Shown: positions 27,829 to 37,213 of the stretch, piece after piece | How positions within the stretch are numbered: position 1 is the first letter of the stretch | How the letters are laid out: every line of letters begins with the position of its first letter | Assembly (NCBI GenBank): GCA_965224085.1 | Contig: CBDCYI010000004.1 | Span: 256,001 to 320,000 of the forward strand | DNA length: 64,000 nucleotides | Reading direction: 5' to 3' | Origin: Candidatus Marinacidobacterales bacterium | GTDB lineage: Bacteria; Acidobacteriota; Vicinamibacteria; Marinacidobacterales; SMYC01 | Notes under the pieces: generated by a model | Database searches by the model: none | The model's input: only the letters and a program-made list of their open reading frames with translations | Told to the model about the DNA's origin: nothing | Program-made: the position numbers and the translations under genes

Positions 27829-29518
27829 CTAGTTCCTGTCCAGAAACACCATAACTTGTGGTGTACGAGAGGCCTATCGAAGGTGTGGGTATTATACGTT
27901 TTCAGTCGGCACCTCGTAGGCTCGGAAGCGAATGAAAATCTTGGACGAAACGAGAGGCGAATCGTCAGCAATCCATGGCTATAAACGCAGTAAGAGTAAT
28001 CATTATTATCGTAATAGGTGCCTTGCCATTACCAACAGGTTGCAGGTGATGATGGAACTCCATACGTAGGATTTGAAAGAAGGCAATGAGCGCCATGTGC
28101 ATCGGTCGAGACCAAAGACTCGTTTCAAGAACGAAATGACGCCTTCGATTCCGCAGCGAAATCGCCGTAGGCGTTGATAGACCCAGGAACTCTTGACCAT
28201 ATCGGTCACCGCGAAGTGAGCCTTGGTAAAGGCAACATCTTCAACTCCCTTGCCTTTGATGGCTTCCAAGTTTGCCTTTGAAGAAAACGCGCCATCGTAG
28301 GCAACCTGGCGCGGGGCCCGTTCGTAGAGTTCGACTTGACGGTCGATCATGGTTTCCGCGAGAGTTGAATCGGACGGATTCCCATCCAAGATCACGCAAT
28401 CCAAAATCATCGAGGACGAGCCACCAGTCAAACACACCTTGTGACCGTAGAGAGTCTCGCGCCGGTCTTTGCGAATAATGTCGGTGTGTTCTTCGAAGAT
28501 CGAAACGACCTTTTCCTCCGCAGGCACACGCTCTTCATCAATCACTCTACGCCGAGTTTGGTTGATGACTTTTTCGGTGAGGACGAGAAAGTGCTTAAAA
28601 TCCGCGGCGATCTTCTCCGCACTCGCTCGCTTCACCGGCTCGGTCAAGCCGGACTCGTCCAACTGGTCTGCAACGCGTTGAGCGGAGCGATAGGTTTCTT
28701 CCGACACCTTCAGTAGATCTCGATAGACGCGACGCCTTTGTTCCTTATCCTTCGCGTTTAGAACTCCCAGTCGACGTCTCTTCGCTCGACGCGTTCGATT
28801 GCCGAAGACCACTACTGTACCCAGCAGTTCGCGAGTTCGGCACATGAGGCGAGTGAGAACTCGGACGCAGTCATAAAGAAGCTCGGAGTCCGTAGGAGAA
28901 TGAATATTCGACTCCACTACCGTGCAGTCCACTCGTACTTTTCTTCCTTTTTCGATCGCGGTCTTCTCGGCAACACTCACCAACTCTCGGTTGATTTTCT
29001 CCAGCGTTTCGAACTTCACGGCTTTGATGTTTGCTGCTAGGGTCGACTTCGACGGGCTCGGCTCTATGATGCCGAGCTGGCAAAACGTCCGATAGCTTCG
29101 AGAGTCTGCCAAGTGAAACGCCAGCTCCCGATAGGTGAACTGATTCAGCTGCTTGACCAACAACGCCCGGAGAACCTGCTCCGCGCTCATTCCCCCACGA
29201 CCAACATCGCTCCCTGCCGATGGGGTGACCGACCTCAGGTCTTGCAGTACCAGCTCATTGAGCTTAGGATGGGCATCGAGCACCGACGAGATCGCTTCGA
29301 GTTCGCGTGCGTGCTCCAGCTCCAGCCAGGGCTCGCATAGGCTTGGTTGTGGAATGATTGTTTTTCGCATTTAGGGCTGGTCTCCTTTGGAGTTAAGTCG
29401 TTTAGACTCTTGTTTTTGACGACTTCGATTCTAAGCGACAACCCCTCAGAAGACTAGCCCTAAATTTGCGATTACTCCCTTTTTCTCAACCTCTTACGTC
29501 CGCCAGGACGGGTACTAG
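27829..29518 (-). mobile_element. ISNCY-type insertion sequence, copy 1
   Basis: Ends CTAGTTCCTGTCC and GGACGGGTACTAG; flanked by TTAG; 1690-bp unit. Confidence 0.88.
28006..29370 (-). CDS. ISNCY-type DDE transposase
   Basis: RVDCTVVE, PTDSELL, YGHK, AYDG and FRCGIEGVISFLKR motifs. Confidence 0.92.
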   Translation of the reverse strand: MRKTIIPQPSLCEPWLELEHARELEAISSVLDAHPKLNELVLQDLRSVTPSAGSDVGRGGMSAEQVLRALLVKQLNQFTYRELAFHLADSRSYRTFCQLGIIEPSPSKSTLAANIKAVKFETLEKINRELVSVAEKTAIEKGRKVRVDCTVVESNIHSPTDSELLYDCVRVLTRLMCRTRELLGTVVVFGNRTRRAKRRRLGVLNAKDKEQRRRVYRDLLKVSEETYRSAQRVADQLDESGLTEPVKRASAEKIAADFKHFLVLTEKVINQTRRRVIDEERVPAEEKVVSIFEEHTDIIRKDRRETLYGHKVCLTGGSSSMILDCVILDGNPSDSTLAETMIDRQVELYERAPRQVAYDGAFSSKANLEAIKGKGVEDVAFTKAHFAVTDMVKSSWVYQRLRRFRCGIEGVISFLKRVFGLDRCTWRSLPSFKSYVWSSIITCNLLVMARHLLR

Positions 29519-31208
29519 TTAGTTCCTGTCCAGAAACACCATAACTTGTGGTGTACGAGAGGCCTATCGAAGATGTGGGTATTATACGTTTTCAGTCGGC
29601 ACCTCGTAGGCTCGGAAGCGAATGAAAATCTTGGACGAAACGAGAGGCGAATCGTCAGCAATCCATGGCTATAAACGCAGTAAGAGTAATCATTATTATC
29701 GTAATAGGTGCCTTGCCATTACCAACAGGTTGCAGGTGATGATGGAACTCCATACGTAGGATTTGAAAGAAGGCAATGAGCGCCATGTGCATCGGTCGAG
29801 ACCAAAGACTCGTTTCAAGAACGAAATGACGCCTTCGATTCCGCAGCGAAATCGCCGTAGGCGTTGATAGACCCAGGAACTCTTGACCATATCGGTCACC
29901 GCGAAGTGAGCCTTGGTAAAGGCAACATCTTCAACTCCCTTGCCTTTGATGGCTTCCAAGTTTGCCTTTGAAGAAAACGCGCCATCGTAGGCAACCTGGC
30001 GCGGGGCCCGTTCGTAGAGTTCGACTTGACGGTCGATCATGGTTTCCGCGAGAGTTGAATCGGACGAATTCCCATCCAAGATCACGCAATCCAAAATCAT
30101 CGAGGACGAGCCACCAGTCAAACACACCTTGTGACCGTAGAGAGTCTCGCGCCGGTCTTTGCGAATAATGTCGGTGTGTTCTTCGAAGATCGAAACGACC
30201 TTTTCCTCCGCAGGCACACGCTCTTCATCAATCACTCTACGCCGAGTTTGGTTGATGACTTTTTCGGTGAGGACGAGAAAGTGCTTAAAATCCGCGGCGA
30301 TCTTCTCCGCACTCGCTCGCTTCACCGGCTCGGTCAAGCCGGACTCGTCCAACTGGTCTGCAACGCGTTGAGCGGAGCGATAGGTTTCTTCCGACACCTT
30401 CAGTAGATCTCGATAGACGCGACGCCTTTGTTCCTTATCCTTCGCGTTTAGAACTCCCAGTCGACGTCTCTTCGCTCGACGCGTTCGATTGCCGAAGACC
30501 ACTACTGTACCCAGCAGTTCGCGAGTTCGGCACATGAGGCGAGTGAGAACTCGGACGCAGTCATAAAGAAGCTCGGAGTCCGTAGGAGAATGAATATTCG
30601 ACTCCACTACCGTGCAGTCCACTCGTACTTTTCTTCCTTTTTCGATCGCGGTCTTCTCGGCAACACTCACCAACTCTCGGTTGATTTTCTCCAGCGTTTC
30701 GAACTTCACGGCTTTGATGTTTGCTGCTAGGGTCGACTTCGACGGGCTCGGCTCTATGATGCCGAGCTGGCAAAACGTCCGATAGCTTCGAGAGTCTGCC
30801 AAGTGAAACGCCAACTCCCGATAGGTGAACTGATTCAGCTGCTTGACCAACAACGCCCGGAGAACCTGCTCCGCGCTCATTCCCCCACGACCAACATCGC
30901 TCCCTGCCGATGGGGTGACCGACCTCAGGTCTTGCAGTACCAGCTCATTGAGCTTAGGATGGGCATCGAGCAGCGATGATATCGTTTCGAGTTCGCGTGC
31001 GTGCTCCAGCTCCAGCCAGGGCTCGCGAAGGCTTGGTTGTGGGTTGATCGTTTTTCGCATTTAGGGCTGGTCTCCTTTGGAGTTAAGTCGTTTAGAATCT
31101 GCGTTTTTGTCGACTCGATACTAAACGACACTCCCTCAGAAGGCTAGCCCTAAATTTGCGATTAACCCTTTTTTCTCAACCTCTTACACCTGTCAGGACG
31201 GGTACTAG
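29519..31208 (-). mobile_element. ISNCY-type insertion sequence, copy 2 (direct tandem with copy 1)
   Basis: Offset exactly 1690 bp from copy 1, same ends, followed by TTAG. Confidence 0.88.
29696..31060 (-). CDS. ISNCY-type DDE transposase
   Basis: 454 aa, near-identical to 28006-29370. Confidence 0.92.
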   Translation of the reverse strand: MRKTINPQPSLREPWLELEHARELETISSLLDAHPKLNELVLQDLRSVTPSAGSDVGRGGMSAEQVLRALLVKQLNQFTYRELAFHLADSRSYRTFCQLGIIEPSPSKSTLAANIKAVKFETLEKINRELVSVAEKTAIEKGRKVRVDCTVVESNIHSPTDSELLYDCVRVLTRLMCRTRELLGTVVVFGNRTRRAKRRRLGVLNAKDKEQRRRVYRDLLKVSEETYRSAQRVADQLDESGLTEPVKRASAEKIAADFKHFLVLTEKVINQTRRRVIDEERVPAEEKVVSIFEEHTDIIRKDRRETLYGHKVCLTGGSSSMILDCVILDGNSSDSTLAETMIDRQVELYERAPRQVAYDGAFSSKANLEAIKGKGVEDVAFTKAHFAVTDMVKSSWVYQRLRRFRCGIEGVISFLKRVFGLDRCTWRSLPSFKSYVWSSIITCNLLVMARHLLR

Positions 31209-31263
31209 TTAGCGAGCTCAAAAGCCCAGCCGGATTGCTGCACGCGAAAGTTGGTTGAGAACG

Positions 31264-32165
31264 TGCCATGGTGCACAACTCGCGATCTCGGTCCACAATT
31301 GTAAGGAGGAGGAAACCGGGCCGTCAACGCAAGTACTCGAACCACGCCATCGAGACGGCTGTCACCCTGGGCATGGTGTTTCATCTGTCGTCTAGGCAGA
31401 GCGAGGGATTGCTGCGATCGTTGTTCGCTCTGATGAAGCTAGACAATGATGTGCCCGATCACACCACGATCTCGAGGCGCAAGGCGAAGCTGGGTAAGGT
31501 CCCCTTCTACCAAGACAAGCAGAAGACGCCGTTGCACATCTTGATCGACAGCAGCGGTCTCGCTGTCCACGCCGGCCAGCTGCGCAGAGCACCAAATAGC
31601 AGGGACTATCGCAAGCTCCATCTGTGTGTCGACGAGCAGACTGGCGAAGTCGTCGCCTGCGAGCTGACGAGCAAAAGAGCCCGCGATTCATCGCGGGTTG
31701 CATCGCTTGTCGGACAGAGCGACAGTCCCATCTCATCGGCCAGAGCTGACACCGCATACGACGCCAGCGGCGTCTATGAGGCAATCGAGAATCACAGCGC
31801 TCATCGCTCGCCGAGGGTGCTGATACCGCCGCGCAAGGGCGCCCTGCTCGCATCGGGGCCGGCGAGCAGCCGACAGCGCAATCGCAACATTGCAGCACAA
31901 GCTCGGCTCGGCAAACGAAAGTGGCACACAGAATCGGGCTACAGCAAACGGAGCAAAGTCGAGACAACGTTCCATCGCTACAAGGCTATCGTGGGCTCAG
32001 CGATGCGAGCGAGAGGGTTGGCGGCACAGAGAGTCGAGGCAAGGATCGGGTGCAAGATTCTCAACACCATGACGGCGCTCGGGATGCCTGATAGCGAGAT
32101 GATCGGATGATGGGAGTCGGGGCCAAGCGAGCTCTCGGCCTCTATCGGAGTTGTGCACCAAGGCA
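31264..32165 (+). mobile_element. IS5-family (IS903-group) element, internally deleted at its 5' end
   Basis: TIRs TGCCATGGTGCACAACTC (31264-31281) and GAGTTGTGCACCAAGGCA (32148-32165) match 17/18. No matching flanking duplication. Confidence 0.85.
31268..32110 (+). pseudogene. IS5/IS903-group transposase lacking its normal N-terminus
   Basis: PDHTTISRR, IDSSG, RKLHL, ADTAYD and GYSKRSKVET motifs; the only ATG start lies inside the TIR. Confidence 0.8.
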
Positions 32166-32907
32166 GGCTTTCGCCCGTCAGGTCGACGCCTTAGGTGGCC
32201 GATATCTCACCGCGGAGGACGTGGGAGTCGGCATCGCGGATGTCGAGGTGATGGCGCGCGTTTCGAAACACGTGTTCGGTCTTCCTTCGACGGGAGACCC
32301 TTCTCCCTTCACAGCACGCGGTGCTTTCCACGGTATCCGGGCCGCCGTGCGCTGCAAGCTCGGGCGCGAGGAGCTCGCCGGATTGAGCGTTGCCGTTCAG
32401 GGTGTCGGCCGTGTCGGCTTCGAGCTTGCTAGGCTGATACACGACGCGGGCGCTAAGCTTACCGTGACCGATACCGACGCCGCCTCTCTCGAGCGGAGTG
32501 TGTCGAGCTTCGGCGCCATCCCCGTCGGCGTCGATGCCATCTATGGGCAAGAGGTGGACGTCTTCGCGCCGTGCGCTCTCGGTGGTGTGCTGAACGACAA
32601 CACCATCTCGAAGCTGCAAGCTCCGATCGTCGCCGGCGTCGCGAACAACCAGCTCGCGGCAGATCACCACGGCCAAATCCTGCACGAAAAGGGTGTTCTC
32701 TACGCACCCGACTATGTCGTCAACGCCGGCGGTATGCTAAATGGGAGCGGCGATATCTTTGGCCCTTACGACGTGAGCAAAGTCCTGCCGCGCATCGACA
32801 AGATCTACGACACGACCCTCACGATACTCGAGCGCTCGCTAGCCGAGGACCGGCCACCGCATCTCATCGCCGACGAGCTCGCGCGGCAAAAAATCGCAAG
32901 GGGATGA
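32166..32907 (+). pseudogene. 5'-truncated Leu/Phe/Val dehydrogenase
   Basis: YLTAEDVG, GDPSPFTARG, QGVGRVG, PCALGG, ANNQL and PDYVVNAGG motifs; begins exactly at the IS end. Confidence 0.85.
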
Positions 32908-32939
32908 CGAAGGCAACCTATTCCCCCATCATTCCCCCA

Positions 32940-33035
32940 TCGTTCCCAACGAAGCGCTTCGGTAGGTGCCACGCTCGAGGCCCGGCGGGCGGGCACGTAG
33001 CACACGAGGAGCGCGACCCCAGCCAGAACGACGGA
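32940..33035 (-). pseudogene. C-terminal remnant of an ADOP/MacB-type ABC permease
   Basis: Minus frame reads VVLAGVALLVCYVPARRASSVAPTEALRWE. Confidence 0.6.
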
Positions 33036-33046
33036 GTCCTATGTTT

Positions 33047-34321
33047 TTAGCGGGTGTTGCGAAAGAGCGTTTTCGCGATGAAACCGCCCCACAGGAGTCC
33101 CGGCAGCAAGATTAACGAGCTCATTAGGCGCAGAAGGTCGGGGATGGCCGTCGTCGCCTGGTCGAGCGCCCACCCGGAGAGCCCAGCGCTCGTCGCCATC
33201 GCGAGGGTCAGAAAGGCATATTCCGTGGAGAACACCCGTCCGCGGATCTGTTCGGGCAGCTTTCGGAGCAAAAGCTGAGTCGAGAAGATCCAAAGGGTGC
33301 CGCCACCCATCGCCCGGATGAGCGTGCCGATGAGTACCGCGCCGAAGCTCGCGAGCGTCGAGATGATGACGAGCCCTACGCCCATTGCGACGTAGGAGAT
33401 GAAAATCGCGATTTGGAGTGAACTCTCGCGATCGCCGGTGAAATAGCGCGCGGCGATCGGGCCGACGCCGGAGCCCACCCCGATCACGGCATAAAGGATG
33501 CCGAGGCTGATGCCACCGCCTTCGCCGATGACGAAGAAATCCCGCGCGAGTGTCACCTGAATGACCTCGAAAGCCCCCACAACGAAGAGCGTGAGGCTCG
33601 CTTTGTGAAGCGCCACCGCGAGCGTTTCGAGGTTGTGCGCCAAATAACGCAGCCCCTCGACATAGTCGCGGAGAGCGACGCGCAGGCTCTTGTCGTGAGC
33701 GTCTCGGAGCTCCGGCTCATAGCGGATCCGCGTGATGAAATAGGCGGAGAGAAGAAAAGTGGCCGAGTCGATGATGAAGGCCGGATAGACGCCCCATCCG
33801 CCCGCGACGAGGCCGCCCGCCGCCGCGCCCATTGCGAGCATGACCGACCACGTCGTACCAGTGATGGCATTCGCCGTGCCGAGCTCTCGAGAGGACACTA
33901 GATCCGGCAAGATGGCGTTGCGTGTGGGGTAGAAGACACCATGCATGGCGAGCTGGATGGCGGTAAGCGAGTACAAAAGCCACAGAAGCTCCGACGAGCG
34001 TACGAGGAGAAAGCCGAGAACGACGACGGCCCGCACGACGTCCGTGAGAATGAGCAGCTTCTTGCGGTTGTAGCGGTCGGCCGCAACGCCGGCAAGCGGG
34101 CTTATGAGAAACGGCGCTAGCATACGCACGACGAAGAGACCGCCGACGGCCAGGCCCGAGCCGGTGAGCGAAGCGACGAGTGAAGCGGAGGCGATCAGGT
34201 TGAACCAATCGCCGAAGAGGCTGACGATCTGGCCATACCAGAGGTACTTGAAATTGCGGTTTCCGCGGACGAGCGCCAAATATCCGCTGCTATCTTGGCG
34301 CTCGCGGCTTCTCGGGTCCAA
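33047..34321 (-). CDS. MFS transporter
   Basis: Multiple TM segments; motif A GVAADRYNRKK. Confidence 0.92.
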   Translation of the reverse strand: MDPRSRERQDSSGYLALVRGNRNFKYLWYGQIVSLFGDWFNLIASASLVASLTGSGLAVGGLFVVRMLAPFLISPLAGVAADRYNRKKLLILTDVVRAVVVLGFLLVRSSELLWLLYSLTAIQLAMHGVFYPTRNAILPDLVSSRELGTANAITGTTWSVMLAMGAAAGGLVAGGWGVYPAFIIDSATFLLSAYFITRIRYEPELRDAHDKSLRVALRDYVEGLRYLAHNLETLAVALHKASLTLFVVGAFEVIQVTLARDFFVIGEGGGISLGILYAVIGVGSGVGPIAARYFTGDRESSLQIAIFISYVAMGVGLVIISTLASFGAVLIGTLIRAMGGGTLWIFSTQLLLRKLPEQIRGRVFSTEYAFLTLAMATSAGLSGWALDQATTAIPDLLRLMSSLILLPGLLWGGFIAKTLFRNTR

Positions 34322-34352
34322 GCGCGCGATCTTACCAGCTATTGGCCGCTAG

Positions 34353-35670
34353 CCCATGTTTCCCTTTTAGGTCTCTAAGTCATCATAAACAAAGGACTGA
34401 GATCCGCGGTTTGTCTCTACGCTGACAGCACCTCCTCGGAGAAGGCTGGCGGGTCGCGTTCAACGATTCCGAGTGCAGTCAGGATCGAGTTGGCGCGAGC
34501 GGTGCCGCGCGTGACGACGCGCTTGGTCCGCCCAGAACCCAGCTGTAAGTCGACGAGCCGGACCGAGCGTAGCGCTTGTAGTGCCTCGGTTGCGGACAGG
34601 TCGAGTTCGGCGACCTTGAGCTTTTTCTCAAGAGCCCGATGCACAAGGAAGGCCAGCGTAGCTACGAAAAGATGTGCCTCCACACGCTCATCGGTCTGGT
34701 GGTAAACGGGACGCATCTCAATGACATCCTTAAGGCATGAGAAGGCTCGCTCGACCTCGTTTAGGTCCTTGTAAAGGCGCACGGCGTCGACCGGAGAGAG
34801 GTTTTGCTCCTCGGTTTGAATAACGTACTTACCCTCGTAGGCTTGCTCGCGCTTGAGGTTGACCGGGTGCTCGAAGAAGCGGAAGCGAGCGTTTTTGTAC
34901 TCCCAGTCGTAGTAACGGTGACCGTGGTGGCGTGCCTGTATGCGCGCGGCGGCGGCACCGATTTTCTCGGGGGCTTTCAATCGTCCCTCGCGCACGCGGC
35001 GCTCAAGGGCCTCGAATGCCGCACGGGCACGTCCCATGGCCCGCAGCCTCTGCCCGCGCTCGTAGGCGAGCCTTTCGTCGCTGTGAACGACGAAGATGCG
35101 CACGCCAGACTGCTCGGAGCGGACTTCTTGCACACGAGTCTTAGGTGGCTCGGCTTTTTCGCTCACCGTGATGCCACCAGGGCAGTCGATCCACTCTCCG
35201 CTGGCGCGCTCGATGTAACGATAGACCTCCTCGCGCCGTCGTCTTTGCAGCCCGACGAGATAGCCCTGCTTGCGCGAGCGCACCACCGCCAGGCTGTCGC
35301 TCGTTACCATCCCTCGGTCGCCGACAAAAACCACGCGGTGCAAACCGAATCGTTCGTTGAGATCGTTGAGCACCTGCGGCACCGTTTTCGCGTCACGCCA
35401 GTTGCCGGCGAAAACATGGTGGGCGATCGGCCAACCGTCCACCATCACCAGACCGACAAGCACTTGCCGGTTACGCGGTCTGCGGTCGCGACTGTAGCCG
35501 TGGGCGCCGAGCCCCGGAGGGCCTTGACCTTCGAAGTACGTCGACGTCAGGTCGTAAAACACCATGTCAACCTCAAGCGAAAACAGATCCCGCAAGCGCA
35601 AAAACAGCTCTTTCTCGATCTGTTCTTTGCGGGCATGCAGCTGGTCGAGCGTTCGGTACCATTGCTTGGG
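34353..35670 (-). mobile_element. IS1634-family element, 5'-truncated (transposase remnant 34417 to about 35666)
   Basis: YRTLD, FYDLTSTYFEG, GYSRD, VGDRGM, VERAF and RPVYH motifs; CCCATGTTT end at 34353. Confidence 0.85.
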
Positions 35671-35721
35671 GAATTATAAGTAAACCTTGACAAGGCCTGC
35701 CCATTAGAATACCCTTCCCAC

Positions 35722-35837
35722 CGTCACACGAACGCGTGCGGCTCAACTATCGGGTCACTCGCTGAATACAATACCCTCCCCATAGGGAAATAGGCGAGAT
35801 CCTGCATGCTACCGCATGCGTTTCGTGTGACGACTAG
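35722..35837. mobile_element. Short inverted-repeat element or IS end at a CTAG site
   Basis: CGTCACACGAACGCGTGCGG (35722-35741) and CCGCATGCGTTTCGTGTGACG (35812-35832) are inverted repeats, followed by ACTAG. Confidence 0.5.
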
Positions 35838-37118
35838 CCACTGAGCCAGAAGCCGGTGATAGCTGCCGTTTGTAGGCTCTAGCTGTACCGCTCGGGTTAA
35901 TGCTCCGATGGCGTCGAAGTAGTCTCCGCCGTTGTGGAGCCGTTTCGCTTCAAGGAACACGATCTCCGCTTCATCGGCATCGGTACCAGATTTGACGGCG
36001 ACCGGTTGGGAACGGGGATCCAACGTGAGAGCGGCGATCGTCTCGCTGCCCGTGAACCCAACAGCCAGACCCTCGGGTCGACGATCGTAGAGTCGGCGCG
36101 ATTCAGGCACGCTGAGCACTTCATAGGCCTCGCGCACCTTTAGCCGCACCTTCGAAAGGCGCTCTTTCACGTTGCCCAGATAGGCGCTGAAATGTGCTTC
36201 AGGCTCGAGCGATGCCATGACCTCATCATAGGCCTCTCGCACTCTCTTGCCCGACGCACCGAAATCGACGCCGAGGCGATCGTAGAAATCACCGAGCTCG
36301 AGCGCGGAGTGGCGCGCTGCGAGCGAATCGCGGAAGCGGCGTTCTTCATCGGTCATGTCACGCGTTTCGTCGGCTTCGGTCGACGGGCGGCGCTCCCTCT
36401 CTCCGAGCTCTTCGATATCCAAAACGCCAGCGAGCACGAGCGCGTAGATCCGTCGAAGCGACTCTTCTTCGCCGAGAGGTGACGTGGACACGACGTCGCC
36501 AATCGAAGTGCACTCTTTCACACGCGACAAGATGAAGCCATCCTCTCGAGTAACGGGTATGCTCAACCGTTGTCCGTCGGCGAGCTTCAAGCCGTTGCCT
36601 AAAGACCCGATGCCGGCACGAATCGCCGCTATGTTGATGACCCGGCAAGCACCTTCATAGATCACTTCCGCTGTGTGAAGCTCGAGGATGAGCTCGGCTG
36701 GTACGGGGTCGTCGACGGCTTCGAATCGGTAGTCGCCTTCGTTCCAAGTGAAAACCGAATAAATAATGTCCTTGATTTGGGTGGCGACGTAGCGCTGCAT
36801 CTCCATAGGACTCACCCAACCCATTTCGACGATCGTCTTGCCGAAGCGTTCGTCCGAGCGCTCCATGACACGAAACGACAGTTCGAGGACGGAGCGGTCG
36901 ATCTTTCCGGCCTGTACGAGCCGCTCGCCGAGCTTTTCTTTTTCCACGTTGGTGCCGGCGAAGACGATGTGGCCGTCTTTGAAAACGAGACGCTTCGTGG
37001 CGTCGCGGTTCCACAAATGAAGGTTGCCAGTCGCTTTCGCACGCCAAAGATCGCGCACGATGCGGGGGAGTGATGCGATCTCTAGACGTCCTTGATTCGA
37101 GATGTGCTCGGTTTCCAT
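35724..37118 (-). CDS. DUF4388/PatA-N plus J-like plus TPR protein, C-terminally truncated near 35835
   Basis: TGNLHL..FKDGHI, LGERLV and W.EG.Y.F motifs, FYDRLGV J-like segment, TPR broken at AQWLV|VTRNACG. Confidence 0.75.
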   Translation of the reverse strand: METEHISNQGRLEIASLPRIVRDLWRAKATGNLHLWNRDATKRLVFKDGHIVFAGTNVEKEKLGERLVQAGKIDRSVLELSFRVMERSDERFGKTIVEMGWVSPMEMQRYVATQIKDIIYSVFTWNEGDYRFEAVDDPVPAELILELHTAEVIYEGACRVINIAAIRAGIGSLGNGLKLADGQRLSIPVTREDGFILSRVKECTSIGDVVSTSPLGEEESLRRIYALVLAGVLDIEELGERERRPSTEADETRDMTDEERRFRDSLAARHSALELGDFYDRLGVDFGASGKRVREAYDEVMASLEPEAHFSAYLGNVKERLSKVRLKVREAYEVLSVPESRRLYDRRPEGLAVGFTGSETIAALTLDPRSQPVAVKSGTDADEAEIVFLEAKRLHNGGDYFDAIGALTRAVQLEPTNGSYHRLLAQWLVVTRNACGSMQDLAYFPMGRVLYSASDPIVEPHAFV

Positions 37119-37213
37119 CGCAGGGCAGTTGCCTGCAAGGAGAACGCCAAACTCTAACTATAGCAAATGAATCAGTTGCGGTTCCAGGGGAACGCGCGAT
37201 CGTAGGGGAATCC

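Noticed and set aside
32107-32165. Start of a 266-aa dehydrogenase at 32107
   Set aside because: The first ~20 codons are IS sequence; the true N-terminus is missing.
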